Of a DNA stretch of 64,000 bases, positions 45,911 through 55,217 are shown piece by piece. Below the pieces are notes generated by a model. The model saw nothing but the letters and a program-made list of their open reading frames with translations. It made no database searches and was not told the origin of the DNA. Where the stretch lies: NCBI GenBank assembly GCA_964619365.1, contig CAZUDQ010000004.1, forward strand, positions 1 through 64,000, read 5' to 3'. The position numbers and the translations under genes were made by a program. Source of the stretch: an uncultured archaeon. GTDB taxonomy: Archaea > Altiarchaeota > Altiarchaeia > JAFGQM01. Within the stretch, counting starts at the first letter, position 1; the number at the start of each line of letters is the position of its first letter.

Positions 45911-47184
45911 TAAACTGTTATTTTCTTTCAGGGAAAAAAGTAGAGAAACAAATTACAGATTTTAGCGAAATAGAAATTGTCTTAGAAAAGAATCGAAAAG
46001 ACCTTTATAATATGGGTCTTGAAGGTGTCATAAAAATTCTCTCAGAACTATCAAAACATATTCTTTCCAACCAAGAACTTCTTCAGATAGGATACATGGA
46101 ATATCTTTCAGATTGGTTAAGCGAAAAAAACCTTAGAGAAATTTGTAACAATAATTATGGCGTTAAAAATCCTTTTGAGCAAAGCCAAGATTTAAATGGT
46201 CTAAAAATTATTGCCGCACCAAGAGGTATTGCTAGTCATTGGGTCGCCGAGAACATACCGACTATTGCAATTTTCTCACTTGTCCAGGGACTTCTTTCAC
46301 TTAATGCCAATGTTATGAAAGTTCCAAAAAATTCAGTACACCCAATCTGTTTAATTCTGGAAATACTCTCCGGAATTGAACTTGAGTTTAATGGAAAGAA
46401 ACTTTTAGGTTCAGACCTGTCAAAAAATGTGGTTATCACAACATTTCCCAGTTCAGAGACTTTCGCAGGGAACTCACTTTCACAAATAGCTGATGTAAAG
46501 CTAATTTGGGGTGGCAAAGAAGCAGTGAGCTCAATTACCCAAATGCCACAAAAAGAGCATTGCGAGATTCTAACATTCGGACCAAAATACTCATTTGGCG
46601 TTTATGCTAAGGATGCAATAGAATCAAATCTTGAAGAGAATCTAAAAGGTTCTGCCTTAGACATCGTACTTTTTAATCAGATGGCATGCTCATCCCCACA
46701 TGTCTTATTTTTTGAAAAGAGCAAGTATCCTTTGGATGAAATAGCCAACAAGCTAGCTGAGGCATTTGACTCCACACCTAAAAAATATTTTATGCCCCTA
46801 AATGATGAACTTGTATCAAAAATTATGAATAAACGGGGCGAATATCTTCTTGACAAAAAGAAGGTTATAAAAAAATCAAAGACTTTGGAATGGACAATTC
46901 TACTAGATAACAAGCTCTCCTTAGAAGAGCCGATAGCAGGTCGTTGCATTTTTCTAAAGGAAATAAACTCCATTTTGGATGTAATCCCACTAATCACGCA
47001 TAAAGTTCAAACAATAAGTCTGGCGTGCCTAGATGACAAATTAACCAACAAATTCTTTAAGTGCGCAGCTTATGTGGGAGTAAGTCGTATAACTCCTCCC
47101 GGAAAGATGCTAGATTTCTATTCGCCATGGGATGGCATGATGCAAGTTTCAAGACTCGTCAGATGGGTAAGTCTAAAAAATTAG
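45880..47184 (+). CDS. LuxC-family acyl-CoA reductase
   Basis: PRG...HW..NIP, WGG.EA, FGPKYS, NQMACSSP (catalytic Cys), WDGM; start uncertain (ATG 45880, or ATA 45910 overlapping the luxE stop). Confidence 0.87.
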   Translation: MWRYLQGEKIINCYFLSGKKVEKQITDFSEIEIVLEKNRKDLYNMGLEGVIKILSELSKHILSNQELLQIGYMEYLSDWLSEKNLREICNNNYGVKNPFEQSQDLNGLKIIAAPRGIASHWVAENIPTIAIFSLVQGLLSLNANVMKVPKNSVHPICLILEILSGIELEFNGKKLLGSDLSKNVVITTFPSSETFAGNSLSQIADVKLIWGGKEAVSSITQMPQKEHCEILTFGPKYSFGVYAKDAIESNLEENLKGSALDIVLFNQMACSSPHVLFFEKSKYPLDEIANKLAEAFDSTPKKYFMPLNDELVSKIMNKRGEYLLDKKKVIKKSKTLEWTILLDNKLSLEEPIAGRCIFLKEINSILDVIPLITHKVQTISLACLDDKLTNKFFKCAAYVGVSRITPPGKMLDFYSPWDGMMQVSRLVRWVSLKN

Positions 47185-47233
47185 AATAATAGAGCATTAT
47201 TTACTTTTTATTAATTTTAATATAGAATACACA

Positions 47234-50200
47234 ATGTCAATTAATGATAAATTATTACCTTTATTAGAGAAAATCCATCTTGCAGGGTTTTTTGAGGAAA
47301 AGAATATCCCGCCCATTGCGTTTCCAATAGGAATGATTGTTCTTATCGGAATTATCGCATTTTTGTTATTTTCTGGCGGGTCATCTAATGTCATTTGTGG
47401 TGACGCTTTATGCGACTCTACAGAAAACTGTACAACTTGCCCTGAGGACTGTGGCAATTGCGCTGACAGTAAAAAAGAGTTTGAGGGCTTGCCTGCAACA
47501 AAAGAAGTAAGTGTAATTTTGACGGGCGCCCCCATACAATCCACACTTAGTGTTTCACTTCAGGATGATTCTGGAACGACTTTACAAGGCAAGACGGGTA
47601 AATCCTCTGAATTCACCTTCCAGATTCCAACTACCGCAAACGTTGTAAGGGCCATAGTAAAAAACCTAGATACTGGCAATGCAATCAATTCAGATTTTTT
47701 CTCTATCGAAGTTGGTGACCCCACAATTCCCGTAATGATTCCATCTGATTTTTTTGACCAGGGTCATGAAGAAACGGCAACGCTTATTGTGTCACTAAAA
47801 AACGCAAAAACGATGACGCCCATATCTGGCAAGATTTCAATTGTGCTACCCAGCGGCTCTTCTTATAGTGTGGTGGAGACTAAGCAGTCTACAGGCGGGG
47901 TTGCAAGTTTTTCTTTAGAACCAGGCACATATGCAGTCATTACAGAAGCAAGTGCTTACTCAAGTTATGACAACAGGAATAGCCCAGTTACCTTAAGCTC
48001 GGGTAGGACGCTTTCAATAACTGCCCCTATGGAACCTGTGACAAAGACAAGAACTATAAACTTTTGTGCAGGTCAAAACGCCCCGATTATCGCGGTGTAT
48101 ACTAGTTCAGGAACCTTACTCTCAGAACTTACAACAGATTCTTTTGGATGTGCCGAGTTTGAAATGGACGAGGGAACAACGGGTTATGCCAGAGCAATGG
48201 CCTTAGACCCCTCCTGCAGCTCATCTGATGCTATGTTTTCAGAAGATTCCTCAAACTCATTAGTAATCAGTGTAGTATGTGGAGACATGGTTTCGCAAAT
48301 ACGTGCAGAAGTCATAGGGCTTAACAATGAAGTGCTCACGGAAAACGCTACAGTAAACCTTTTTTATGAAGACGGAACACGCATAAGCGGAAGCGGGACG
48401 GCAGGCGCACTGATGCCCAACGGAACTGCTACAGAATATGTCCATGTCGACTCCACAGACACAGTATATTTTGTCGTTACAGGAGTTAATGGATACCTTG
48501 ATTTTACCTCGAGAAAATACGAAGTGCTTCAGGGAGAAGCTAAGACTGTAAAACTTAATCTCATTGTCGCGCCAGAACCCAAACCCGAGATGGAATTCAG
48601 GGAGCTATATTTTCCAACAACGGCAATCGCAGGAAAAGAGTTTAAGGTCAGTTTCCAAAAAGCGCTTTGCAATGGAGAAGATGTCACGGCAACAGAAAAC
48701 TTCAAGGTTTCTTTTACAGGAGGTAATTGCAGCATACTTGGGACAACGATAACTTATCTACCCTCAGTCTCTCATTTAGGAGAACAGACAATAGAGATAT
48801 ATAATAATGATAATGCAGACTGCATTGCACTAATAAAAAAGAACATAAGTGTTTTTGAAAGTGGTGAGAACCCCTTTGAAGTAATACCTTATGCCATCAC
48901 GGGGTTAGACGCCCCAGTGACAGTGCCCTTTGCAATAACCTTTAACGGAACTCCAATACTAAATGATTTTGATTACATATTAAAAGCAAAGTACAGTGAG
49001 GGTGGGATTGCCCTTCCCGAAGAACCTTTATTGTCTGAAGCAGATGAATATTTATATACAAAAATTGATTCACCCTTTACTGGAGATCATGCTTTGGAGA
49101 TAAATCTTAGCAAAGTAGTAGGCGATGTCTATTACGCAGGCTCTTTTGAGATAAGTAACATCAGAAGCTATCCCAGAAACCAAAAGATAAAAATAGAGAG
49201 TACAGTTAGCCCCAGGTTCCCTTATCCAACGGAAGGATTTTATGTTGCAATCAAATTACAAGCGGGATCATGGATAATAAAAGGCTTGGAAAACGTTTAT
49301 GCAGAATTTTACAGTACGACTCAAAAAATGTACTGGAACCCGGCATCACAGATTTATTCTACCTCGTTTGAAGCACCCCTTAGCGAGGGCATATTTCCAG
49401 TGACCTTTAAGGTGGGTGGGGCGACTCTTGCTGAAGAGAACGTTTATGTCGCAAATACCGCCCTTGAACGCTCTTCTACGTGTGAAATAGCAAACTGTGC
49501 GGATATAAATGATGTCAGAGCATGCGTATACTCACACAACAAGCAGTCCATGCACACAACGCGTGAAGTGATAGGTTGTTTTGAAAATGGGTGGGGCACA
49601 GTACTTTCATCTGAAGAGTTTTCACTACTTCATTGTACGGAGGACAGTGCCTCAAAAGGTGATTGGAACAACAACTGCTATCTAGACACGACAGGGGAAC
49701 TTAGCGACCGTGCGATATTGTCTGAAGCCTTGTCACGACTGTCTGAAGATGAGCTTTACAGTTATCTGGGCTGTGGGGATATGGACAATGACCTTGATGT
49801 GGATAAAGACGATTTAGTATGCCTTACAAACGTTGCTTCAGGCAAATGGTTTGGTGACACAGGTACTAGTTCAAATTCTGATATATGTTCCTCACAATTA
49901 ATGGGTGGGTTTTGTTTTGATATCAAAACAAGCTCTGCAATCCCCGGTGATTTTAATAATGACAAGGATATCGATTCAGATGATATAGAACTAATGCAGG
50001 ACATAATAAGGGCTGTTAGAAGTGGAGTCACACCACCTTCAAAATTACTTGCTTTTGCAGATTTTAATCAAGATAGGACAATAGGGCAAATCGATCTCGA
50101 GTGTCTTGAGAAATTTAAAAACGTCAATTTTGATTCCTATGAGGCATACGGACAACAGGTGTCGTTTATACCTTCAGAGTGTTTGGCTGTCTTTAACTTG

Positions 50201-52024
50201 GAATGTGGGAACAAAGGTGATATTAATGATGATGGTAAGATAGATGAAATAGACTTCACTATAATAAAACTAGCAGCAAATGGCCTTATATCAGAAGATG
50301 TAGTCGGAATTGAGTGTCTGGATGTGGATATAGATTCAAAAATAACTAAAGATGATGTTACGTGTCTAAGTGAATATTTCAACGGAGATATGGATGAGTG
50401 GATGCTTTGCCTTAATTGTGAAGAAAACTTACCTCCTGAGGCCTGGAGCACTCTTGAGATTTGCAATGACGGATATGACAACAACTGTGATAACCTAAAA
50501 GATTTAGAGGACCCGATGTGTTCCTGCATAAATTCGACTTCATGTGATATGGTTTACGACACAGATCGCGGAGTTAATGTTGGTGTTGAAGATGATAAGT
50601 ACGAAGTATGTCGCAGCGTCTCATGGGATGATCATAAGGGGTACACATGGTATGAATTTCCGTTCCCTCCAGAATGTGAAAAGGATAATGAGTGTGAAAC
50701 TTATTCTTGTGATGGGAATACCTGGCAATGCTCTACAGGCGAATGGTACAAGATAGCTCCAACCGATACTCTGCCCGGTGAGACATGTGGAGATGGCTGG
50801 GACAATGATTGTTCTGGCGGCGATGCAGCCTGTCCAAGCAGAGGCGGCGATGAGGTGCCGGATGGATGTCCCTTTATATACGCATATGACGGCAAGAATT
50901 ATGTCCTAGAGGCTGCAGGGTTTTCACTCGCATTAGCCAAGCCATTAGAAGGTTATAGCTATTCTGCCTTGCCGGATATGGCCCCAACAGAAAAAGGAAC
51001 GTTAAACGTTTCGATAGCCCAGCAGCTTCCAGAGAAAACTCGTGTAAACACCATGCGCCTTTTTGCCATAAATCATTTGACTGGACTTGAGATAGTCCCT
51101 GGGACACAAGGCGAGTTTTATACAATTTTAAATCCCGCCTCACCAGTCTCATGTCACGCAGTCCTTGCAGACGAGAATTGTCTATCCGGAGTTTTGGAGC
51201 CCGAAGGCAAAACATATCTTTATAACTTGAGTACGCGTCCGTACCCATATGATTTTGATAAGAGTTTTGAATACATGGAACTTACTTTTGACTTGCCCGA
51301 AGGCGCCAGTGAAGATGCAGTCATTATTTTAAAAGGAAAAGTTCAACACATGATGGTTTTTGCAACTTGGGCCATGTTTGAGAATATGGGTAATGGAAAC
51401 CTTGGCACCTTTGCAGTATCCTTTTTTACGGCCCTGCCCAGCTTCATTGACCGTAATGGTAAAGTCAAAGTAGACGTAGAACGCAACGGCAACTGGGAAT
51501 TTGTAGGACATCAAATACTTGCACATTCAATAGCTGGCGACGCCGGGAAGATAGCAATACCCGTAAAGATTAACAAAGATTCAGACGAGCTTAAAATCAG
51601 GCTAGGGTTTAGACAAGGTGGGTTTGAAATAGATTATGTCGCTCTTGACGCGTCAGGAAAAAGTCCAATAGAAGTCGAGGAACTTCCAATGCTAAGTGCA
51701 AAGAAAAATGATGGGAATGATGTCTTGGATGAGCTTCTAACAGACGATGACAAGTATGAGATCATAACACAAGGCGAGTGGATAGAAACTGAATTTGCAC
51801 TCCCCGCACGTAATTCTGATTTACCAGAAACTTCATATGTTGTTTGGCCAAAAGGATATTTTACCTTTGAAATAGATTCGCAGTTTACTGTAGCACCCAT
51901 GGACGTGTTTAGAACAGTTTTTGACGACAGTCTGATGCATGAATACGTGGCTAAGAACTATTTGCCAAATATTGAAGCTTTCAGGGACGTTTACTACTCA
52001 GTAGACATTGGAATAAACGACTAA
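47234..52024 (+). CDS. Large membrane-anchored surface protein with Cys-rich, Ig-like and dockerin/EF-hand-like repeats
   Basis: N-terminal TM; CGD..C...ENC.TCP.DC; six [G/A/L]D.[N/D].D..I...D loops; two E.C.DG.DN.C motifs; GCPFIY..DG domain. Confidence 0.8.
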   Translation: MSINDKLLPLLEKIHLAGFFEEKNIPPIAFPIGMIVLIGIIAFLLFSGGSSNVICGDALCDSTENCTTCPEDCGNCADSKKEFEGLPATKEVSVILTGAPIQSTLSVSLQDDSGTTLQGKTGKSSEFTFQIPTTANVVRAIVKNLDTGNAINSDFFSIEVGDPTIPVMIPSDFFDQGHEETATLIVSLKNAKTMTPISGKISIVLPSGSSYSVVETKQSTGGVASFSLEPGTYAVITEASAYSSYDNRNSPVTLSSGRTLSITAPMEPVTKTRTINFCAGQNAPIIAVYTSSGTLLSELTTDSFGCAEFEMDEGTTGYARAMALDPSCSSSDAMFSEDSSNSLVISVVCGDMVSQIRAEVIGLNNEVLTENATVNLFYEDGTRISGSGTAGALMPNGTATEYVHVDSTDTVYFVVTGVNGYLDFTSRKYEVLQGEAKTVKLNLIVAPEPKPEMEFRELYFPTTAIAGKEFKVSFQKALCNGEDVTATENFKVSFTGGNCSILGTTITYLPSVSHLGEQTIEIYNNDNADCIALIKKNISVFESGENPFEVIPYAITGLDAPVTVPFAITFNGTPILNDFDYILKAKYSEGGIALPEEPLLSEADEYLYTKIDSPFTGDHALEINLSKVVGDVYYAGSFEISNIRSYPRNQKIKIESTVSPRFPYPTEGFYVAIKLQAGSWIIKGLENVYAEFYSTTQKMYWNPASQIYSTSFEAPLSEGIFPVTFKVGGATLAEENVYVANTALERSSTCEIANCADINDVRACVYSHNKQSMHTTREVIGCFENGWGTVLSSEEFSLLHCTEDSASKGDWNNNCYLDTTGELSDRAILSEALSRLSEDELYSYLGCGDMDNDLDVDKDDLVCLTNVASGKWFGDTGTSSNSDICSSQLMGGFCFDIKTSSAIPGDFNNDKDIDSDDIELMQDIIRAVRSGVTPPSKLLAFADFNQDRTIGQIDLECLEKFKNVNFDSYEAYGQQVSFIPSECLAVFNLECGNKGDINDDGKIDEIDFTIIKLAANGLISEDVVGIECLDVDIDSKITKDDVTCLSEYFNGDMDEWMLCLNCEENLPPEAWSTLEICNDGYDNNCDNLKDLEDPMCSCINSTSCDMVYDTDRGVNVGVEDDKYEVCRSVSWDDHKGYTWYEFPFPPECEKDNECETYSCDGNTWQCSTGEWYKIAPTDTLPGETCGDGWDNDCSGGDAACPSRGGDEVPDGCPFIYAYDGKNYVLEAAGFSLALAKPLEGYSYSALPDMAPTEKGTLNVSIAQQLPEKTRVNTMRLFAINHLTGLEIVPGTQGEFYTILNPASPVSCHAVLADENCLSGVLEPEGKTYLYNLSTRPYPYDFDKSFEYMELTFDLPEGASEDAVIILKGKVQHMMVFATWAMFENMGNGNLGTFAVSFFTALPSFIDRNGKVKVDVERNGNWEFVGHQILAHSIAGDAGKIAIPVKINKDSDELKIRLGFRQGGFEIDYVALDASGKSPIEVEELPMLSAKKNDGNDVLDELLTDDDKYEIITQGEWIETEFALPARNSDLPETSYVVWPKGYFTFEIDSQFTVAPMDVFRTVFDDSLMHEYVAKNYLPNIEAFRDVYYSVDIGIND

Positions 52025-54375
52025 ATCTTTTTTATCTTAAGATTCTTGATTCTCCCGGTACCCTTGATATCCTCGATAAGTGGGGTAAGGAGCTCTGGTT
52101 CCTTTACTTCTATTTCAAGTTCGTCTAGCTCTGCCCCAAGACTTAGGTTGTTATCGCTCTTGTACTTCCGGATATAGTCAATCGCATCAATCATAGCTTC
52201 ACAAGCTGCTTTTGCAGAGTCATCAATATTTGACTCATCAACTTCAGGGTATTTCTCCTGATGGATTGAATACTTACCGAAAAGTTCAGCGTATAATTCT
52301 TCAGTTATGTGTGGCGCGATAGGAGCAAGGAGCCTGAGAGATTTTTCAAGTGCGACATAAAGCGTATACTGCGCCGCACGCCGCGACTCTTCACCATATT
52401 CCTCAGGTTTATAAAGCCTGTATTTTACCATCTCGAGGTAGTAGTCGGCAAGGTCGTGCCAGATAAATGTTCGAATCCCTTGGAGAGGGACATTAAACGT
52501 TTTATTGTCAAAACCACGCCTTGCTTCGCGCGCTACTTCTTCAATCCGCGAAAGTATCCATTTATCGGTCATGCGAAGCTCTGGGACATCTGCCGTCGGG
52601 TCGAAATCCTCAAGATGCCCGGAGATGAATCTTGATACATTCCAGAGTTTGGTAAGGAACCTTCCTGAGTGTTCGCATTCATCCCATGAGAACTGGAAGT
52701 CTTCGCCTAAGGAACCTGATGCTGCCCACTGACGGATTGCATCCGCAGAGTATTTCTCAAGGACGGTTTCAGGCTCGATGACATTGCCTAAGGACTTACT
52801 CATCTTCTTGCCATCAGGCCCTCCGACCATGCCGTTAATCATAAGCTCCTTAAAGCAGGGCTTGCCAGTTAAAATAAGATTGCGAAATATCGTGTAAAAT
52901 GTCCAGGTCCTGATTATTTCATAGCCTTGTGAGCGCAATGATGCAGGATAAGTCTTACTAAAGAACTCTTCATCCTCATGCCATTTTGTTATTGTAAGTG
53001 GTGACATTGACGAATCAACCCAGCAGTCACAGACGTCAATCTCTCCGTGGGCAACACCGCCGCACTCGCAGTCTTTTGTCGTCCCCCGCGGGTCTACCGG
53101 AAGTTCGTCTATTGTAGCAGGAATCGCTTTTTTGCACCTGTCACAAACCCAAAATGGGATGGGTGTTCCAAAGACTCTTTGACGTGAGATTATCCAGTCC
53201 CAGTCCATAGCCTCAGTCCAGTCTTTCAAGCGACCTAACATGTACTCCGGGCGCCAGTCCATAGTGTCTGCCGCGTCTTCAATATCTTTAAGAGAATCCT
53301 TGATTTTTATGAACCACTGTTCGGTCGGAAGGAGTTCAATCGGGTTGTTACACGAGCTCCTTTCAGTATGGCATAAGACGTTGTGTTGGTATTCCTCAAC
53401 TTTCCTTAGACAGCCAAGCTTTTCAAGTTCTTCAGCGACATGTTCGCGCGCGTCTTTTAGCTTCATTCCAGCAAGCATACCGCACGCTTCAGTCATCTTG
53501 CCATATGGGGTTATAGCGATTATAACGGGGAGCTTGTATTTCTTCTGCCAGCGGATGTCTTGCTCATCACCAAAAGTACAAAGATAGACAACACCCGTTC
53601 CAAACTCCATATCGACGTCTTCATCAGCAATGATGGGTACGCGGTTGCCAAATATTGGCATTGTCGCTTCCTTTCCGACAAAGCTTTTGTAGCGAGAGTC
53701 TTTGGGGTTAACAAGAACTGCAACGCATGCAGGCATCATCTCTGGACGACTTGTTCCGATTGTGAATTTGTGCCCACCTTCAACTGCGATATCAATATGA
53801 TAAAGTTTGCCGGTGCCTTCAATATGACCTACTTCAGCCTTTGCTAGAGCAGTCCCACATTTTGTGCACCAGAGCACCGGATGCTTCTCACGGAAAAGGA
53901 GATCTTTTTCATAGAAATCAAGCAGGCTCTTTTGAACGCGGAGTTTGTAGGAATCATCCATGGTTCTATACGAATGTTCCCAGTCCGTGCTGTAACCAAG
54001 GCTCTTAAACTGAGATTTCATGCGAGTGATAGCTTTTTCAGTCCAGTCGCGGCAGGCAAGAAGGAACTCGTCCCTGTTTTGCTTCTTTACCTTCATTTTC
54101 TTTTCAACGGCAAGCTCTGTTGGAAGGCCGTGACAGTCAAAGCCCTGTGGGAGAAGGACAGAGTGCCCTGTCATGCGCTTATACCTTGCGACAAAGTCAA
54201 TCCATGCGTGATTATAAACGTGACCTAAGTGAAGGCTTCCTGAGGTAAACGGCGGAGGCGTATCGATAGAATACACAGGAAGCTCGCTTTTGACATCAAA
54301 CTTATAGATGCCGTCAGCTTCCCACTTATCCTGCCACTTCTTCTCAATCTCCGTCCCGAACCTTTTTGGAAGCAT
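52021..54375 (-). CDS. valS: Valine--tRNA ligase
   Basis: IDTPPP..SG.LHLGH, GFDCHGLPTE, W.ISRQR.FG, QGYEIIRTW, KMSKS; start ATG 54375. Confidence 0.96.
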   Translation of the reverse strand: MLPKRFGTEIEKKWQDKWEADGIYKFDVKSELPVYSIDTPPPFTSGSLHLGHVYNHAWIDFVARYKRMTGHSVLLPQGFDCHGLPTELAVEKKMKVKKQNRDEFLLACRDWTEKAITRMKSQFKSLGYSTDWEHSYRTMDDSYKLRVQKSLLDFYEKDLLFREKHPVLWCTKCGTALAKAEVGHIEGTGKLYHIDIAVEGGHKFTIGTSRPEMMPACVAVLVNPKDSRYKSFVGKEATMPIFGNRVPIIADEDVDMEFGTGVVYLCTFGDEQDIRWQKKYKLPVIIAITPYGKMTEACGMLAGMKLKDAREHVAEELEKLGCLRKVEEYQHNVLCHTERSSCNNPIELLPTEQWFIKIKDSLKDIEDAADTMDWRPEYMLGRLKDWTEAMDWDWIISRQRVFGTPIPFWVCDRCKKAIPATIDELPVDPRGTTKDCECGGVAHGEIDVCDCWVDSSMSPLTITKWHEDEEFFSKTYPASLRSQGYEIIRTWTFYTIFRNLILTGKPCFKELMINGMVGGPDGKKMSKSLGNVIEPETVLEKYSADAIRQWAASGSLGEDFQFSWDECEHSGRFLTKLWNVSRFISGHLEDFDPTADVPELRMTDKWILSRIEEVAREARRGFDNKTFNVPLQGIRTFIWHDLADYYLEMVKYRLYKPEEYGEESRRAAQYTLYVALEKSLRLLAPIAPHITEELYAELFGKYSIHQEKYPEVDESNIDDSAKAACEAMIDAIDYIRKYKSDNNLSLGAELDELEIEVKEPELLTPLIEDIKGTGRIKNLKIKKI

Positions 54376-54502
54376 TTTAATAGTTAGAATCAATCCTTGC
54401 ATGTACAAGAAAAGAAATCGTAAATTTTGAACCTTTGAATTAAAATACTGTTTTCCCGCTAAGCAGGTTTTATATAACAAAACATAATCTAAACCGCTAA
54501 AA

Positions 54503-55102
54503 ATGGAAAAGAACATTATGATTGTAATGGGAGCCGTTGTGATTGTGGCAGTAGTAATTGCTGCAGTTTTACTAATGGGTTCTGGAACGACACCAACACA
54601 GGATAAGCCGATACTAATAGAGAAAACGACACCAGCTGAGAAGCTGACTCCAACAACTACACCAGAAAAAAACGAGTCGGACGACAATATCCCAGAAGAG
54701 CCTCAGACAGTTGAAGGATGCAAAAAATTAGGTGAAGTCAACCTAACAAATGCGTGCCTTAGTGTTGTTGCAATGAAAGAAAAAAACGCGACAATATGTG
54801 AGATGGTAAGCACTGATTGGCAGTCTGAGTGTTATCAGAACGTGGCCCACATGTTTAAGGATAACATTACAAAGTGTAAAGGAATGACTGACAATACAAC
54901 AGAGTCCTGTCTTGAACTTCTTGCAATGAAGACAAAAAACCCATATATCTGCACTGAAATCTCAGAGAAATGGCAAAACGAGTGTTACAATAATGTTGCA
55001 GTCGCATCAAAAGACGCTATAATCTGCGGGGAAGTCAAAGGTGACAACTGGCTTATGAATTATTGCAAGGCATACATTGCAAACGAAACTAAGTCTAGTT
55101 AA
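54503..55102 (+). CDS. Membrane-anchored Cys-repeat protein
   Basis: N-terminal TM, TPT linker, five roughly 25-aa C..(I)......C...A repeats. Confidence 0.75.
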   Translation: MEKNIMIVMGAVVIVAVVIAAVLLMGSGTTPTQDKPILIEKTTPAEKLTPTTTPEKNESDDNIPEEPQTVEGCKKLGEVNLTNACLSVVAMKEKNATICEMVSTDWQSECYQNVAHMFKDNITKCKGMTDNTTESCLELLAMKTKNPYICTEISEKWQNECYNNVAVASKDAIICGEVKGDNWLMNYCKAYIANETKSS

Positions 55103-55114
55103 TAATTTAGTTTA

Positions 55115-55146
55115 GGCAGGTTTTTTACCTGCCAACTCCCATTTTA
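55115..55146 (+). terminator. Putative hairpin terminator
   Basis: ggcaggt-tttt-acctgcc with T-rich downstream sequence, after the 55102 stop. Confidence 0.4.
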
Positions 55147-55217
55147 TTTCTAAATTTTCAACTTAGAACCTAGCTAAAAACACTTTTATTCTTAGAGCGC
55201 CAAAGAGGGGGACACAA

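Noticed and set aside
44807-47184. Bioluminescence operon
   Set aside because: No luxA, luxB, luxD or luxG present.
54376-54687. N-terminal extension of ValS
   Set aside because: It overlaps the divergent gene at 54503 antisense; ValS homology begins at MLPKRF (54375).
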